NCBI RefSeq assembly: GCF_009914755.1
Contig: NC_060925.1
DNA: 64,000 bases
Direction: 5' to 3' (one strand)
From: the human T2T-CHM13v2.0 reference genome, Homo sapiens
Shown here: one piece after another, positions 26,346 through 40,153 of the stretch
How the letters are laid out: every line of letters starts with the position of its first letter
Numbering within the stretch: position 1 is the stretch's first letter
The notes under the pieces: generated by a model
Database searches by the model: none
What the model was told of the DNA's origin: nothing
The model's input: only the letters and a program-made list of their open reading frames with translations
Position numbers and translations under genes: made by a program

Positions 26346-27199
26346 TTATTTTTTATATTTTAAATGTTTGTGGGTACATAGTAGGTCTGTATATTTATGG
26401 AGTACAGGAGATGTTTTGATATAAAGGACTATAATATGAAATAAGCACATCATGGAGGATGGGGTATCCATCCCCTCAAGCATTTATCCTTTCAGTTACA
26501 AACAATCCAATTACACTCTTTAAATTAGTTTAAAGTCTACAATTAAGCTATTATTGACTATAGTCACCCTATTGTGCTATGAAATAGTAGGTCTTATTCA
26601 TTCTTTCTATTTTTTGTACCCATTAACCATCCCCAGCGCCCCTCACTCTAGCCCCTCATTACCATTCCCAGTGCCCGGTAACCATCTTTTTACTCTCTAT
26701 GTCTAGAAGCTCTATTGTTTTGATTTTTAGATTCCACAAATAAGTGAGAACATTAAATGTTTGTCTTTCGTACCTAGCTTATTTCACTTAAAGCATCCTC
26801 TAGTTCTATCTGTGTTGTTGTAAACGACTAGATCTCATTCTTTTTTATGACGGAATAGTACTCCATTGTGTATATGTATATTTTATCCATTTATCTGTTG
26901 TTGGATACTTAGTTTGCTTCCAAATTTTAGCTATTGTAAAGATTGTTGCACAAACATAGGAGTGCAGATATCTCTGATACACTCATTTCCTTTCTTTGGG
27001 GTATATATCCAGCAGTGGGATTGCTGGATCATATGATAGCTCCATTTTCAGTTTTTTGAGGATCCTTCGAACTGTTCTCCATAGTAGCTGTACTCATTTA
27101 CATTGCCCCCAACAGTGTACAAGGGTCCCCTTTCCTCCACATCTTTGCCAGCATTTGCTATTGCCCGTCTTTTGGATAAAAGCCATTTTAACTGGGGTG
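26346..27199 (-). mobile_element. L1MA1-3 3' end (~850 bp)
   Basis: GTGGGTACATAGTAGG...ACAAACAATCCAATTACACTCTT...AGCCATTTTAACTGGGGTG; TSD-like agaaccagaat / aaaactagaat. Confidence 0.88.
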
Positions 27200-27469
27200 C
27201 AAAACTAGAATTTAAACCTACACTACCATTGCCAAAAAAAGGGCTTAAATCTTATGTCATGGTAAAGATATCCCTGCCTTTTCCAGCCTACATTTATTTC
27301 TTCATTGTATACGTCATGTTATTATCATTAATTTGTAATAAAATTAACATTTTATAGTATGTTATCCTTAACCTGCTTTGTTATATATAGTTTTCTATTC
27401 TGACAGTCTCATGCTTGCTCAAATTGTCTATTCAACTCTAGTGATAGGGTAAGTAAAAAACCAATAACC

Positions 27470-27722
27470 GGCCGGGCGCGGTGGCTCATGCCTGTAATCC
27501 CAGCACTTTGGGAAGCTAAGGAGGGCAGATCACGAGGTCAGGAGATTGAGACCATCCTGACTAACACGGTGAAACCCTGTCTCTACTAAAAATACAAAAA
27601 ATTAGCCGGGCGTGGTAGCAGGAGCCTGAGTCCCAGCTACTTGGAAGGCTGAGGCAGGAGAATGGCGTGAACCTGGGAGGCGGAGCTTGCAGTGAGCCTA
27701 GATCGCGCCACTGCACTCCAGC
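27470..27722 (+). mobile_element. AluY lacking its 3' end and poly-A tail
   Basis: GGCCGGGCGCGGTGG start and AluY diagnostics; stops at CACTCCAGC with no tail or downstream TSD. Confidence 0.93.
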
Positions 27723-28064
27723 AACTTAAGAGTTTTAATTATTACTCCTCTTCTAGCATCTAACATATTGCTAGGTATCAAATAGCTAGTTGATGTGTAT
27801 ACATTAATTAACTTTGCTCTTTTAAAAGTCCTTTACTTTTATTCATAAATGTATATATTTGATATTTTTGGAAATATAATAAATTCACCTTTCCCTTGTT
27901 TTAGAATATTATCTTAATGGTGGCGCTCCATGGTTTCTTCAGCTGTGGAAGAGTGAAGGACAAATTTCATCTAAAGCAGTAAGCATGGTTTATGTGATAT
28001 GATACTTGTAGTGACATTGTATTTTAAAGGTAGGCATCAATATGAAAGTGGATATAAGAGCTAC

Positions 28065-28186
28065 TGTCTGCATGCCAAAGAGGGCTGGGACCATGTCTAT
28101 GATATCAGTGCCTAGTGTTGTGCCTCAGGCAATAGCCACTCAATATATTTTTTTTGTCCTTTGTCAAATGAATGAATAAATAAATA
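28065..28186 (+). mobile_element. L2 extreme 3' end
   Basis: GGGACCATGTCT...CAGTGCCTAG...CACTCAATATAT...TGAATGAATAAAT. Confidence 0.55.
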
Positions 28187-28279
28187 CTATTCCAGGAGAC
28201 TGAGATAGTGGTGGTTGTAGCTTTTTTAAAAATTTTTCAAAAGATGTTTGCATGTATGTATAGAAAAATACACACATAC

Positions 28280-28740
28280 ATATCAGGGCCCTTGGTTGCA
28301 AAGAACAGAAGCCATTCTGGCTAGTTTAAACAGAAAATAAATGTATTAAATTATATGGACTAGCTCACAGAATGTCTGTGATGGTCAGAGGATCTGGTGT
28401 GGAGGCTAGACCACCAGAAATGTATCCAGTGACACAACTGGGCAGCTCCAGTAATGAATGCTGCTGCCACTAGTAGGTAGGCCCAGGACTGCAGCTTTCC
28501 TAGCAGATGTGGGCAAGTGGGTACCTTTAGAACTTCTGCCACTACTCCCTACAAAACCAGTTCCAGGGAGCACCACCTTCACATCACTATCTTCCAAATT
28601 AAAATTCGGCATGAGTACATCTGAGTGAAAGAGCCTGTACCCCAGCTGCAAGAGGGACTGGAACAGCGAGTGTCTGGCTTCTACCTCAGTGAAGTGGGAT
28701 TCAAAATAGGAAATTTTCTATATGCGAAAAAGCCTCTCAA
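28280..28740 (-). mobile_element. Old MLT1-type (MLT1N/O-like) LTR
   Basis: CTTGGTTGCAAAGAACAGAAGCCATTCTGGCTAGTTTAAACAGAAAA terminus; AGCTGCAAGAGGGACTGGAA motif. Confidence 0.6.
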
Positions 28741-29859
28741 AAGTTTCTGGGCTATATATATTTGATGGTTTTTTTTAGTCTTTATAGAATTTTAGAAAAT
28801 AAAGAAAAATTAAAGGAGAAGAAAATAATCACCCATATTTTTTGGGTGGTAATGATTTTCAAAAAATGTTTATTAATTCTCAAAACTAACAAGTGTCTTG
28901 ATATTAGAACCTGAAACAAATACAGTTCCATCCAACAAATACTGTTGGATGAAGTGAAATTTACTTCATCCAAGGGGTTAAACTCTGATTCTTAGAGATT
29001 TACAAAATAAAGCCAAACCAAATCAAATACAAAAACAAACTTGACAGTCCCTCAGAGTAAATACAGTGGTGATGATGATGATGATGATACTAATTATTAT
29101 TATTATATATTTTTTGGATAAAGATTTGGTAAAAATTATATCTTCTTACTCTCAAAACATTTTGTTAACAGAGAAGAGTGTCTTAATTGTTAGACAGGTT
29201 TGAGGCTGCAGTTAGAGATTTGCATCTGAATTTGGTGAGTTTTACATACCAGGAGCTGCCACCTAAAGATTATAAAGAAATGTGGCTAAGTACCAATGAT
29301 AGGTATATATCAGCACACCAGGGCCTTGGAAGGAATAACTCATGCATGGTTGGCTATGTTTTCACCTCTAAGTCAAGCTAAGAAATCTAAGGGGTAAAGG
29401 AAAATAAACAAATGCTTGATTCAATCAAATCGTACCAAAAGTCAAAATAGTTCAATAGTTCAACACACACACAAACTTCTCTTTACAGAATAAGTTGTTA
29501 AGGATTCATTATTCCAGAGATTAGGCCCATCATTCTGGGTATTTGAGAAAAGAAGTGAACTCACAGAAAATTAGTCATTACTTATATTTTATGAATGATA
29601 ATGAAAAATGTTTAAATTATCTGATTCTTAGTATGTTAAATATAACCAGAATTTCTATCCTTATTAGAAAATCTTTGCTTAAAAATTTCATTTTTATTCT
29701 TTAAAAATATTGATCATAAACATCCAAAATATTTCTCTGAACAACATCTAGGCATTTCATAATTTAATCTGTCATATTGTCTTGGTTCCTAAATAATTTA
29801 GAAATTTGTAAAGGATTTTGGAAATTTGGATGGCATGTCTTATATTAGTGCATTTTTTA

Positions 29860-30187
<328 letters not shown>

Positions 30188-30528
30188 TTATGGCTTAGCT
30201 GACCGGAAAAGTTAGTTCAATTCCAGAAATGAAGAATCTAAGACTTTTCCCTGTTATAGCTCCTAAATTAGAACTCAGTCTTTCATCTTTTGATCCTGCT
30301 GGCCAGTGCCTACAGACTATTACACTTTCTAGTATATGCTCCACCTTGCTGCCAGAATTATCTTTCTAACACCAGATTCTCATGCTTTGACATCAAAATA
30401 TCAGTGGATTCCCCTTGCCCATAGGATAAAACTTTAACACTTTAAAAGGCTTTTAACATGTATCAATGTCAATTTTACAGCCCCAATTCTTGACACTGAA
30501 AGATATACATAAAACATGCCAGTCCAAC

Positions 30529-30899
30529 TGTATTAATCTGTTCTCATGCTGCTAATAAAGACATACCAGAGACTGTGTAATGTATAAAGGAAAGAGGTTT
30601 AATGGACTCACAGTTCCACATGGCTGGGGAGGACTCACAATCATAGTGGAAGGCAAGAGAGGAGCAGAGTCACGTCTTGCATAGCAGCAGACAAGAGAGC
30701 TTGTGCAGGGGAACTCATTTATAAAACCATTAGTTCTCATGAGACTTATTCACTAGACTTATTCACTTATTCAATAGACTTATTCACTTATTCATCATGA
30801 GAAAAAATCGCCCCCAATGATTCAATTATCTCCACCTGGCCCCACCCTTGACACAGTTCAAGGGTGAGATTTGGGTGGGAACACAGCCAAACCATATCA
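30529..30899 (-). mobile_element. THE1 (B/C) solo LTR
   Basis: TGTATTAATC...CCATATCA termini; perfect TSD ccaac (30524-30528 / 30900-30904). Confidence 0.92.
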
Positions 30900-31959
30900 C
30901 CAACCAACAATTTTCTGGTCTCCGGAGGTACTGTGTTTTTTGGTAGTAATATTCCTTTGCATATGGTATTGCCTCTGTCATGCTAATAATGACAATGACA
31001 GTGATATTATTAATAATGATAGTGACAACCATTAATCAAGGATTTGCTATGTAGTACAAAGTACTAAGCACTTCACACAGATTATTGTCTTTTGATTTAC
31101 TGTTTTCTATGAACATCCCTGCTTTGCAGATGTAAAAACAGATGCTTATGGGGAGTAAGTTGAATAAATGGTTAAGAGTGTTTCCTGCATAAAAAACTAA
31201 AACAGTCAATTTGGAGAGTATACTTATAACCAGAATGTAAGGAATATTATTTTAATGCATTATTAACGTATATATTCTTTACTCTTGAGAGAATTACTTG
31301 CCTTCTGTGAGCTTTAGTGTCTGTCATTTTCCATCTTTGAAATGAAATGAAAGAATCTTGTAGATCCTTTGACTTGGACTCTCTGCTACCCACTTACTAA
31401 GTAAAACTGGCAGACTACTGAGGCAAAGAGTTGACGGCAGATTTCAAATATCAAGTATAATGTAGATACATGCAAAATAACACATCTGTTTATTTACCTT
31501 TACAAATCGAACCATTGCATTTTCATGTGAGTAAGGATAGAGAGAGGACTGGAGTATTGCATTAGTAGATGTTTCACCACATGGAAGGAGTGAGCAAAAC
31601 TATTTCTCCTAACCTCTCTGTTCTTGTGATTCAGACAGTGTTTCTTATCCAACATTTGTTAGCGGGAATCTAGCCATAAGTAAAAGAGGCTGCAGAGAAG
31701 AGAAGAAATATGCTTTTATCAATCATACGGAATGGAGAGGAATTTTCTCCATGACCTCTTGAGAAATTCTATGAGGATGTATTATAAATTTCTTTTTTAG
31801 ATGGTAACCCATATGGCAATCTGAAGCCTTGGTGTGACCATATTCAATGTGAGAAAATACCTTCTGTGAAAGAGTTACTGCTGTTAGTTCCATGAGTTAC
31901 AGACACTGTAGTAGAATTATAAAAGAAAAATGATAATAAAACTACTGTTGAATAAATGA

Positions 31960-32185
31960 ATGGTAGCTAAATTTGACTGAGAACTTACTATGTGTCAGCC
32001 TCTATTATAAGCACTTAGTAAGCTTGGTTTATTTAATCCTCATTATACCCTTACTGAAATAAATACTATTATTAACCTCATCTTTCTGTTAAGGACAAGG
32101 GCACAGATAAGTTAGGCAACTTGCTGAATATCACACACTAGTTAGTGGCAGAGCCAGAATTTTAACTAAGGCAGTGTAGCTCCGA
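31960..32185 (-). mobile_element. MIR
   Basis: CTTACTATGTGTCAG...TTTAATCCTCA...GGCACAGATAAGTTAGGCAACTTGC...GGCAGAGCCAGAATTT. Confidence 0.75.
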
Positions 32186-33519
32186 GTTTTCATCTTCAGT
32201 ATTGAAGAAGACTAAGTGACCTAAATTGAGCAAAGTGACCCCTCTAACTACATAGAAAAACTATTTGTCATTTTTTTTTCCCTGAAAGACCAGAAATCAA
32301 GCAACTGTTAGCACAGAACAATATTATTGTCTTCCTATAAATGTGTTTAAGCATACAACACTGGTTGTTTTGTTGAAATTTCCTCCTTAATTATTTTTCA
32401 GTGAATGAGATCCTCTTAGTAGGGCCTGGTTCTGCAATGCCAAATTGTGTGAGCTGAAATTCCTCAAAGACAGCAGAAATCACATCATCATTGTCAAATA
32501 CAGTGATACCAATTTTAGTCACTGGAAGTAGAATAGTAAGCTAAACAAATCTGTTTTTAATTTCTTCTCAACAACAATGAAAAAATCCCTGTATTCCAAA
32601 TAGAATTTGACAGGTGATAGACTATAGTGGAAAAGAGTGAAAGAACAATAAGAATGATTATAACCCTTAAGCATACAGTCTAAAATCTGCTAGTTTCTCT
32701 ACCTTAACATAATAAAAGACATTGGGGCTTGTTTTTTATAATTAAGTAATTATTAAGTATTCATGAAGCAAACAAGTATAATTTTTACATGGACTGCAAT
32801 TCAACTTGTTTAAATGTTCCTACATGAAATGCTTATCTTCATCAAAATGATAATGTTACCCCAAATGGCAAAATGCTAATAGAGAATAAATGTAGAAAGC
32901 AAGTAATTTCTTTCAATATGAGGCATGAAAAATGCCACATATTCCTTGGATAAAATGAAAAAGTGATAGCTCAGTATTTTCTTTAATGTAACAGCTTTTT
33001 CTTTAATATAACTAAATATAACGAGGTTCAGACATCGTTCACTGGTACTATTGTATAAAACTTGAATAATCTCCATCAAGAAATGTGTTCATGTTTGAAT
33101 TATTTTCTGTCAGATTCATGCATTTCTTTCTATACAGCTATATATATCTTTAACCAACGTTGGCTAGAAGGTAAGAGTCTATTTGTTTTATAAAGCTGCC
33201 CATTTATCACATGTTATAATAATCAACATTTACTTATTAATTATCTAACATAGACCAGATATGGAATTCGGTATTTGGGATACAGGGATAAACATGAAAT
33301 ATGGCTTATGCCTTAATGTCGCATTTTATCTGTTCTTCTGTGATTCTGTAGACAGGAGTACAATAAAGAGGTATAATCTTCATTATTCTTCTGTCTGAAT
33401 ACCCAGATAAAAAACATAATCATAGTTTTCAAACTGACGTTCACAAAGCCTATTTCTTCACAATAGCCAGAATCGATATGTGGATTTTTCACTTGATATT
33501 TTGTCTAAAGATGAACTCT

Positions 33520-33837
<318 letters not shown>

Positions 33838-34009
33838 TCAAACATAAAGAAATATAGATTATGCAATGATGTCATATTTTCAATCAAGGTTTAACATAAT
33901 GAGTGTACCATGCAGGATGGTAAAGATGTAGCAGTAACTGAGCACCTAGAGCCTTCTTCTATGGCTCTTCTGCTTTCATCTGTCCTTTGAAACTGTAGCA
34001 AGAAGAAAA

Positions 34010-34200
34010 TGGGATTTCTGGTCAGAGAGAACTGGGTGTGAGTTCTGACTTCTTCACTTTCTAGATGTGAAAACATGGTTAAGTCACCTTACCTCTTTGA
34101 GACCTAGCTTTCTACCATGTAAAAATCTGCTTAATTATACACCCATAATAGGGTTATACAATGTGAATAAGATAATTTATTTTGAAACACTTCACAAAAG
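34010..34200 (+). mobile_element. MIR
   Basis: CTGGGTGTGAGTTCTGACT...AAGTCACCTTACCTCTTTGAG...CATGTAAAAAT. Confidence 0.65.
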
Positions 34201-34292
34201 ATGTGACGTTATATTAGACAATCCATATTTTTGGTTGAATCTTAATGTAAAGCACATGATGGAAATAGATTTCACTTATTTTACTGGATACA

Positions 34293-34415
34293 TGTGTTAG
34301 TTATCTATTGCTGCATAACAAAAACTGCCTTAAAACTTTGGAATTCCAGAGTGGCTTAGCTGTTTGGATATGGCTCAGGGTCTCTCAAAAAGATATAGTT
34401 AAGATATTGGCCATG
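34293..34415 (-). mobile_element. MLT1 (F/G/H-like) LTR fragment
   Basis: TGTGTTAGTTATCTATTGCTGCATAACAAA terminus; TGGCTCAGGGTCTCTCA. Confidence 0.6.
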
Positions 34416-35249
34416 AACACATATCGTTGGCCAACACATGCCATCCTATGGAAATTTCTGAGTTCTCCCAGGAGCACTTCCTGATTATTTAGGGATCCCT
34501 TACAGGAAGGTTTCTGAGATTCTTGAAACACTTTCATTAAATTTTGCTGCTGTAGGATAACCATATTCCCACAAGATGCAAATCTTTCTTCCTCGGCTGG
34601 TTTCTCACACATACGTTCTCATCGTATTCCCAAGTTTGGCCCCAATGCTCAATAAATCTGCCTCAGTAGTTTCTTATAGGTCTCAAGAACCCTGACTTAT
34701 GATTCAGAGAAACTTTATTTTGTGGCACAGAGCAGGCTAAATGTCTTCTAAATGCAGAATATTTTCATAAGCAACAGCAACTGAAAGGCCACACAAGGCT
34801 TCTTTACTGACCTTAATGTTGTATAGAAATGCAGAAGCCGTACTCCACTTTTCAAGCCTCAAAAAAGAGATTAATATAGGATTACTGAGTGTCTTCTCCA
34901 AGGAAGGGCATATAAATGACATACAATTAATCAGACGCAAGCCCTGGGCATTATGACATCCAGGCTAGTTGAGGAGACAGATTACTTCAATGTAATATGA
35001 TATGTCTTTGATAGAGTGAGGAACAAATTACTGCAGAGGCACAAATTAGGAGCATGCAGCCCTCCTCAAAGACCCTCTGGAAGAGACAGTATTTGAGGTA
35101 AGTATTGAGATCTAGATTATGTAGATGTTATCTAGATATATCGATTGAAGGATGTAGTCAGGTAAAGGAAACAATATCAGGCAGAATGAAAGAGAATGGG
35201 ATGTCCAGGGATTTATAAACAGTTCAGAGTCACCAGAAGTTTAAGGGAT

Positions 35250-35690
35250 GATTCCCTGGGTAACAGAATGAGGCAGGGGTTCACCTCTGAGGCAGAGGTT
35301 TATTGAGTGGAGCTCTGGGAAAATCACCTGTGAGAGAGCGAGGATTCAGGATTGAATGAGGGAAAAGTGAGACACAGTTGCAGCAGAGGCCTTGACCAAG
35401 CTTGTGGGACTCTCTGGAGCTGGAATGGTCCTGCAGAGTCAGCATCGGAAATTGATGCAAATGGTCCAGGCCTTTGTATTCTTGCCTTGACAAGTAAGTG
35501 AATTCAGGCTGTCCTCAGCCAGCGAGGGTAAACCCTGGTTGAGACTGCATGCTATGACTGAGGGATTCCCAGAAAGGAATTCATCTGAGATCTACCAGAA
35601 GCCAGCACTCCAAGCAGCTGGGAGAATGAATGCTCAGGCTTAAAGGGTGTGGGGCACAGGGTTTGCAGCTACCAAAGCATCTATTACACC
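35250..35690. mobile_element. LTR16-like (ERVL) LTR
   Basis: CTCTGGAGCTGGAATGGTCCTGCAGAG...CCAGGCCTTTGTA motifs; recalled similarity only. Confidence 0.5.
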
Positions 35691-35806
35691 AAGATACAGA
35701 GTAAAGGCAGAAAGTGGCAAAAGAGGAGGATGAAGAGAAAGGTGGGATCAAAGTCCTGGCTAATCTTGGATGACATTCTAGGTACTTTTGACTTAATTGT
35801 GTAAGC

Positions 35807-36195
35807 CAGTGGTTCACAAACATTTGCATCTCAAAATCTCTTTACAAACTTAAAAAGTATTAAGAACCCTAAAGAGCTTTTGTTTATATGAGTCACAGCT
35901 ATTTATTTCATCATATTATAATTTAAACCTGAGAAATATGCATTTTAAGAAACATTTATTAACTTACTTTTTAAAAATAATAAGCTCATTATATGCAAAC
36001 TTAGATAAAATACTTTTAGGAAAAATAACTATATGTCTTCCAAAACAAGGAAAGTTTAGGAAGGAGTGTCATTATTTTACATTGTTGCAAATGTCTCTAA
36101 GATATCTGCTTACTAGACACCTGGATTTTCATATCTGCTTTGACTATGATATCTCACTTCATGAAGCTTTGAATAAACTCCACTGAGAACCACTG
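35807..36195 (+). mobile_element. Charlie4-type hAT DNA transposon
   Basis: TIRs CAGTGGTTC / GAACCACTG; internal AAAGAGCTTTTGTTTAT matches the recalled Charlie4 consensus. Confidence 0.75.
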
Positions 36196-36554
36196 CTATA
36201 GGCAATAGTGAGTCACTGAAGGATTTTAATAAGCATGCACCAAATTCTGAAATGCTACTATGATTGTAGTATAGAGAACATATTTGGAGGCACAAAGTCT
36301 ATTTCAGAGATGAGAGATTATGGAGGCTTGAACTCAGAGCACAGTATGGAGATGTGTGGATATCTTTGAAGTATATTTTTGAGAGGAAATGAACAGAATT
36401 TGGTAACTGGATATGAGTTGTGAAAATCCAGAACGACTCATGTTTTCCCACTTGAATATTTGAATGAATAAAGATTTTCCATTATCTGAAAATGAGAACA
36501 TCAAGACTAAAGGTTCATTTGAATTCAGCTGATACTTTGGGATTGGATTCAACT

Positions 36555-36911
36555 ATTGTCTTGGATAGAGCTCCTGGAAGCAAAGCCTAAGACAGACATT
36601 CTGTTTATGTGATTTATTAGGGGAGTAGTCTCAAGAGAAGGAGAGTAAGGGAAAAAGAAATGGAAGGGGAGAAAAACTAAACACCTAGTGTCAGGTGGTG
36701 ACTTGCTTCAGTCTGACCCCCTAGGAGCTCTGGAGCACAAGTTGTACCACAGAGCTGGTCATACTTTGAGTTAGAGGGGTTAGACTTTTGCACCCCCATG
36801 TCAGCCAAAGATTGGCCAAAGTCTGGGGAATGTATCCCCCTGGGCCAAGCACATTCCCTTTAGTTGAGGGCAGTAATGCTGAAAAGACGATGACTCTGAG
36901 TTGCTATCAGC
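36555..36911. mobile_element. LTR16-like (ERVL) LTR interrupted by a MER31-like LTR
   Basis: GGAAGCAAAGCCTAAGAC...TGATTTATT...GGAGCTCTGGAGC motifs. Confidence 0.5.
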
Positions 36912-37393
36912 TGTAAGGGAGAAAATAATATCTTCTTTACTTACCCACCATTAGGTTCATGGCTGAGACTCCTACAACAAAATATAGATTAACAAGATAA
37001 AAGTGTGACAAATTTATTTAATATAAGCTTAATATAAGTTTTCCTTGACATGACAACTTTCAGAAATGAAGACCCAGGGAAAACTGTATATTTTTATGCT
37101 TAGGTTTGATGAAGAATAGATAGTCCTGTAAAGGTATAATTAAACAAAAAGGAGGTATGACCTAGTGTCAGTAAACTGGGGAGGGCTTAGAAAAGACTGT
37201 TTCTCCAGATTCTTCTTGGCCTGTTTGTGTAGTTCCTTCCCTCTGTGTATAGAGCAGGACACTTGTCACATGAGGGTCTTTAAGAGAGGTCAGAGGCAAC
37301 TTTCTGCTTCCGCAGTTTTCTCAATTTCCTTCAGCATAAAATACTCAGTATGCTAATGTGCCCTATCTTCGATAGGATTCTCTACACCTCATC
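36912..37393 (-). mobile_element. MER31/MER67-like ERV1 solo LTR
   Basis: The reverse complement reads TGA...GCATACTGAGTATTTTATGCTGAAGGAAATTGAGAAAACTGCGGAAGCAG...ACA, matching recalled MER31-type LTRs. Confidence 0.7.
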
Positions 37394-38355
37394 AGAGCCA
37401 ACTGGGTAGCTGTCAAATGCATACACTAGCTGATAAAGGATAATAGAGTACAATAGCATCCCTGACAACTGTGGAATCTTAATCTGGAACCATTCCTTAA
37501 ACCAGAAAAATGAAACAGCATCATCAGTGTCTCAAATTGTCAAATGACTGGGAGGAAAACCCTTGGCCCAGGAGAGATCACGGAAGGCTGGTCACAAACC
37601 AAGCCAGATGTTGACTTTCTTAAGACCAGCGAATAGAGACAGGAGTTTCTTTTATACTTAGAGAAACCAGAGAGTTTCACGGTAGCGTAACAACACGAGT
37701 GGTAAGAGTTGTCTATCAGAAATACAAAGCCAGACCCATTGCTCTCTGAAGAAGCCACACATTTCCTAGAAGATCCAGCCTTGGCTACTCTTCCACTTAG
37801 TATCCACAGCTACTAGATATGCTACCTCACACCTGTAACCCAGATGTCATAGGTCTCAGGCTGGGTACTCAGTCTTTGCCTTGCACCTTAAGACTGAACT
37901 TTGATGCATTGCTGAAATAAATTTAACTCCACAATGAGAAATAAAATGTTTAATCAAATTTAATGGGGAATTATTGAAGAGAGGTGCATGTACATCACAG
38001 AGGAGAAGCCTATCTGGCCACCTCCGTGATCCCCCCATTATCCATTAATGTTCTTCTCCTAGTCTCAGCTCCCCACTTCTCTCCTTTCTCCTGGAAATTC
38101 CCATCTATGCAGCCTCTGGCCACTCTGGATCCACTCTGCCTCCTGCCTCTCAGCCACACAGTATGCCCATTCTTCTGTGGCATCATTTATCTCCCTCCGG
38201 TTTTCTCCACTGTGAATCCTCACACATATCACTTAACTTAGTAAGCAAGTCTCCATCTGTCTTGAAAAAAAGAAGAAAATGGTAAGTAGCTAACTGTTGT
38301 TTCCCTTCATATCTGAAATATCATCCAGGCACCCAGCACTTTAATCTCTCAAAGT

Positions 38356-40153
38356 CATCCCTGAGGGTTGTAAACAGCTTCTTCCAAACTCTGTTAATGT
38401 TGATATTCTGACCTCCTATAAATACAAATGTTCTTAATGACATCTAGAATGGTCAATCCTTTCTACAAGGTTTTCAATTTACTTGGCTTAGATCTATCAG
38501 AGGAATCACTACCTATGGTAGCTATAATCTTACAAAATGTGTATTTTAAATGATGAAACTTGAAAATTAAAATTATTCCTTGATCTGCTGGCTTTAGAAT
38601 GCACATTGTGTTAGCAGGCATGAAAACAACATTCATATCCTTGTACATCTTCATCAGAGATCTTGGGTGACTAGGCAAAATGTCAATGAGAAGTAATATA
38701 TTGAAAGGAATCTTTTTTCTGAAGAGTAGATCACAAGAATGGGCTTAAAATATTCAGTAAACCATGCTGTAGACCAATAAGCTGTCATCAAGGCTTTGTT
38801 GTTACTTTTACAGAGCACAGGAAGAATAAATTTAGCATAATTCTTAAGGACTCTTGGATTTTTAGAATGGTAAATGAGCATTAGCTTCAACTTAAAGTCA
38901 CCGGCTGCATTAGCCCCTAACAAGAGAGTCAGCCTGTCCTTTGAAGGTTTGAAGCCAGGCATTAACTTCTCTTTTCTTGCTAGGAAAGTCCTATATGTCA
39001 TCTTCTTTCAATAGAAGGCTGTTTTGCTGACATCAGAAATCTGTCGTTTAGTGTACCCACCTTCATCTTAGTCAAAATGTCCGGATAACTTGCTGCAGCT
39101 TCTGTGTCAGCACTTGCTGGTTTTATGTTGCAGAGATGGCATTTTCCTTAAGCCTCAAGAACCAACCTCTGCTTGCTTCCAACTTTTCTTCTGAAGCTTC
39201 CTCACCTCTCTCAGCCCTCACAGAACTGAATAGAGTGAGGGACTTGCTCTGGATTAGGTTTTGGCTTAAGGGAATGTCATGGCTGGTTGATATTCTATCT
39301 GGACCACCAAAACTTTCTCCAATACCAGCAATCAGGCTATTTTTGCTTTCTTATCATTTCTGTGTTCACTGGACCCTTCAAGGGCTTTTACTTTGTATTC
39401 ACAACTTAGCTAACTGGTTTGGTGCAAGAGGCCTAGCTTTTAGATTATGTTGGCTTTCAACATGCCTTCCTTGATAAGCATAAACAATTCTAGCTTTTGA
39501 TTTAAAGTGAGAGATGTTCAACGATTTCTTTCATATGAACACTTAGAAGTTGTTTTAGGGTTATTAATTGGCCTAATTTCAATGCTTTTGTGTCTTAAGG
39601 AATAAGGAGGCCCAAGGAGAGGAAGAGAGACAGGGGAACAGCTGGTCAGTGGAGCAGTCAGAACACTTACAGCATTTATTGATTAAGTTTGCTTAATCTG
39701 TGCCCAATCTGATGTGGGCACAGTTCATGGTGCCCCCAAACAACTACAATAGTAATATCAAAAATAATTTATCATAGATCACCATAATAGATACAATAAT
39801 AATAAAAATTTGAGATATTATAAGAATTATCATAATGCGACACAGAGACAAAAAGTGAGCCCATGCTATTGGAAAAATGGTGCCAATAGATTTGCTCAAT
39901 TCATGGTTGCTACAAACCTTCAATTTGTAAAGAAACAACACCTACAAAACAGAATAAAGTTTTGTGGGGTGGTGGGAAGGGGGAGGGATAGCATTAGGAG
40001 ATATACCTAATGCTAAATGATGAGTTAATGGGTGCAGCACACCAACACGGCACATGTATACATATGTAACAAACCTGCACGTTGTGCACATGTACCCTAA
40101 AACTTAAAGTATAATTTAAAAAAAAGTGAAGTACAGTAAAATGAGGTATACCT
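38356..40153 (-). mobile_element. Tigger1 DNA transposon (5' TIR plus disrupted transposase; 3' part missing)
   Basis: ORF fragments [30 protein letters not shown] and NVVFMPANT...PADQGII are pogo/Tigger DDE transposase; terminal GAGGTATACC TIR at ~40143-40153. Confidence 0.92.
39962..40124 (+). mobile_element. Young L1PA (L1PA3/4-like) 3' end nested in Tigger1
   Basis: GGGATAGCATTAGGAGATATACCTAATGCTAAATGA...TACCCTAAAACTTAAAGTATAAT followed by an A-tail; aaagt duplicated on both sides. Confidence 0.92.

Noticed and set aside
38463-39001. Transposase-like ORFs suggesting a domesticated TIGD/CENPB-like gene
   Set aside because: Fragmented by stops and frameshifts inside a truncated Tigger1 copy.
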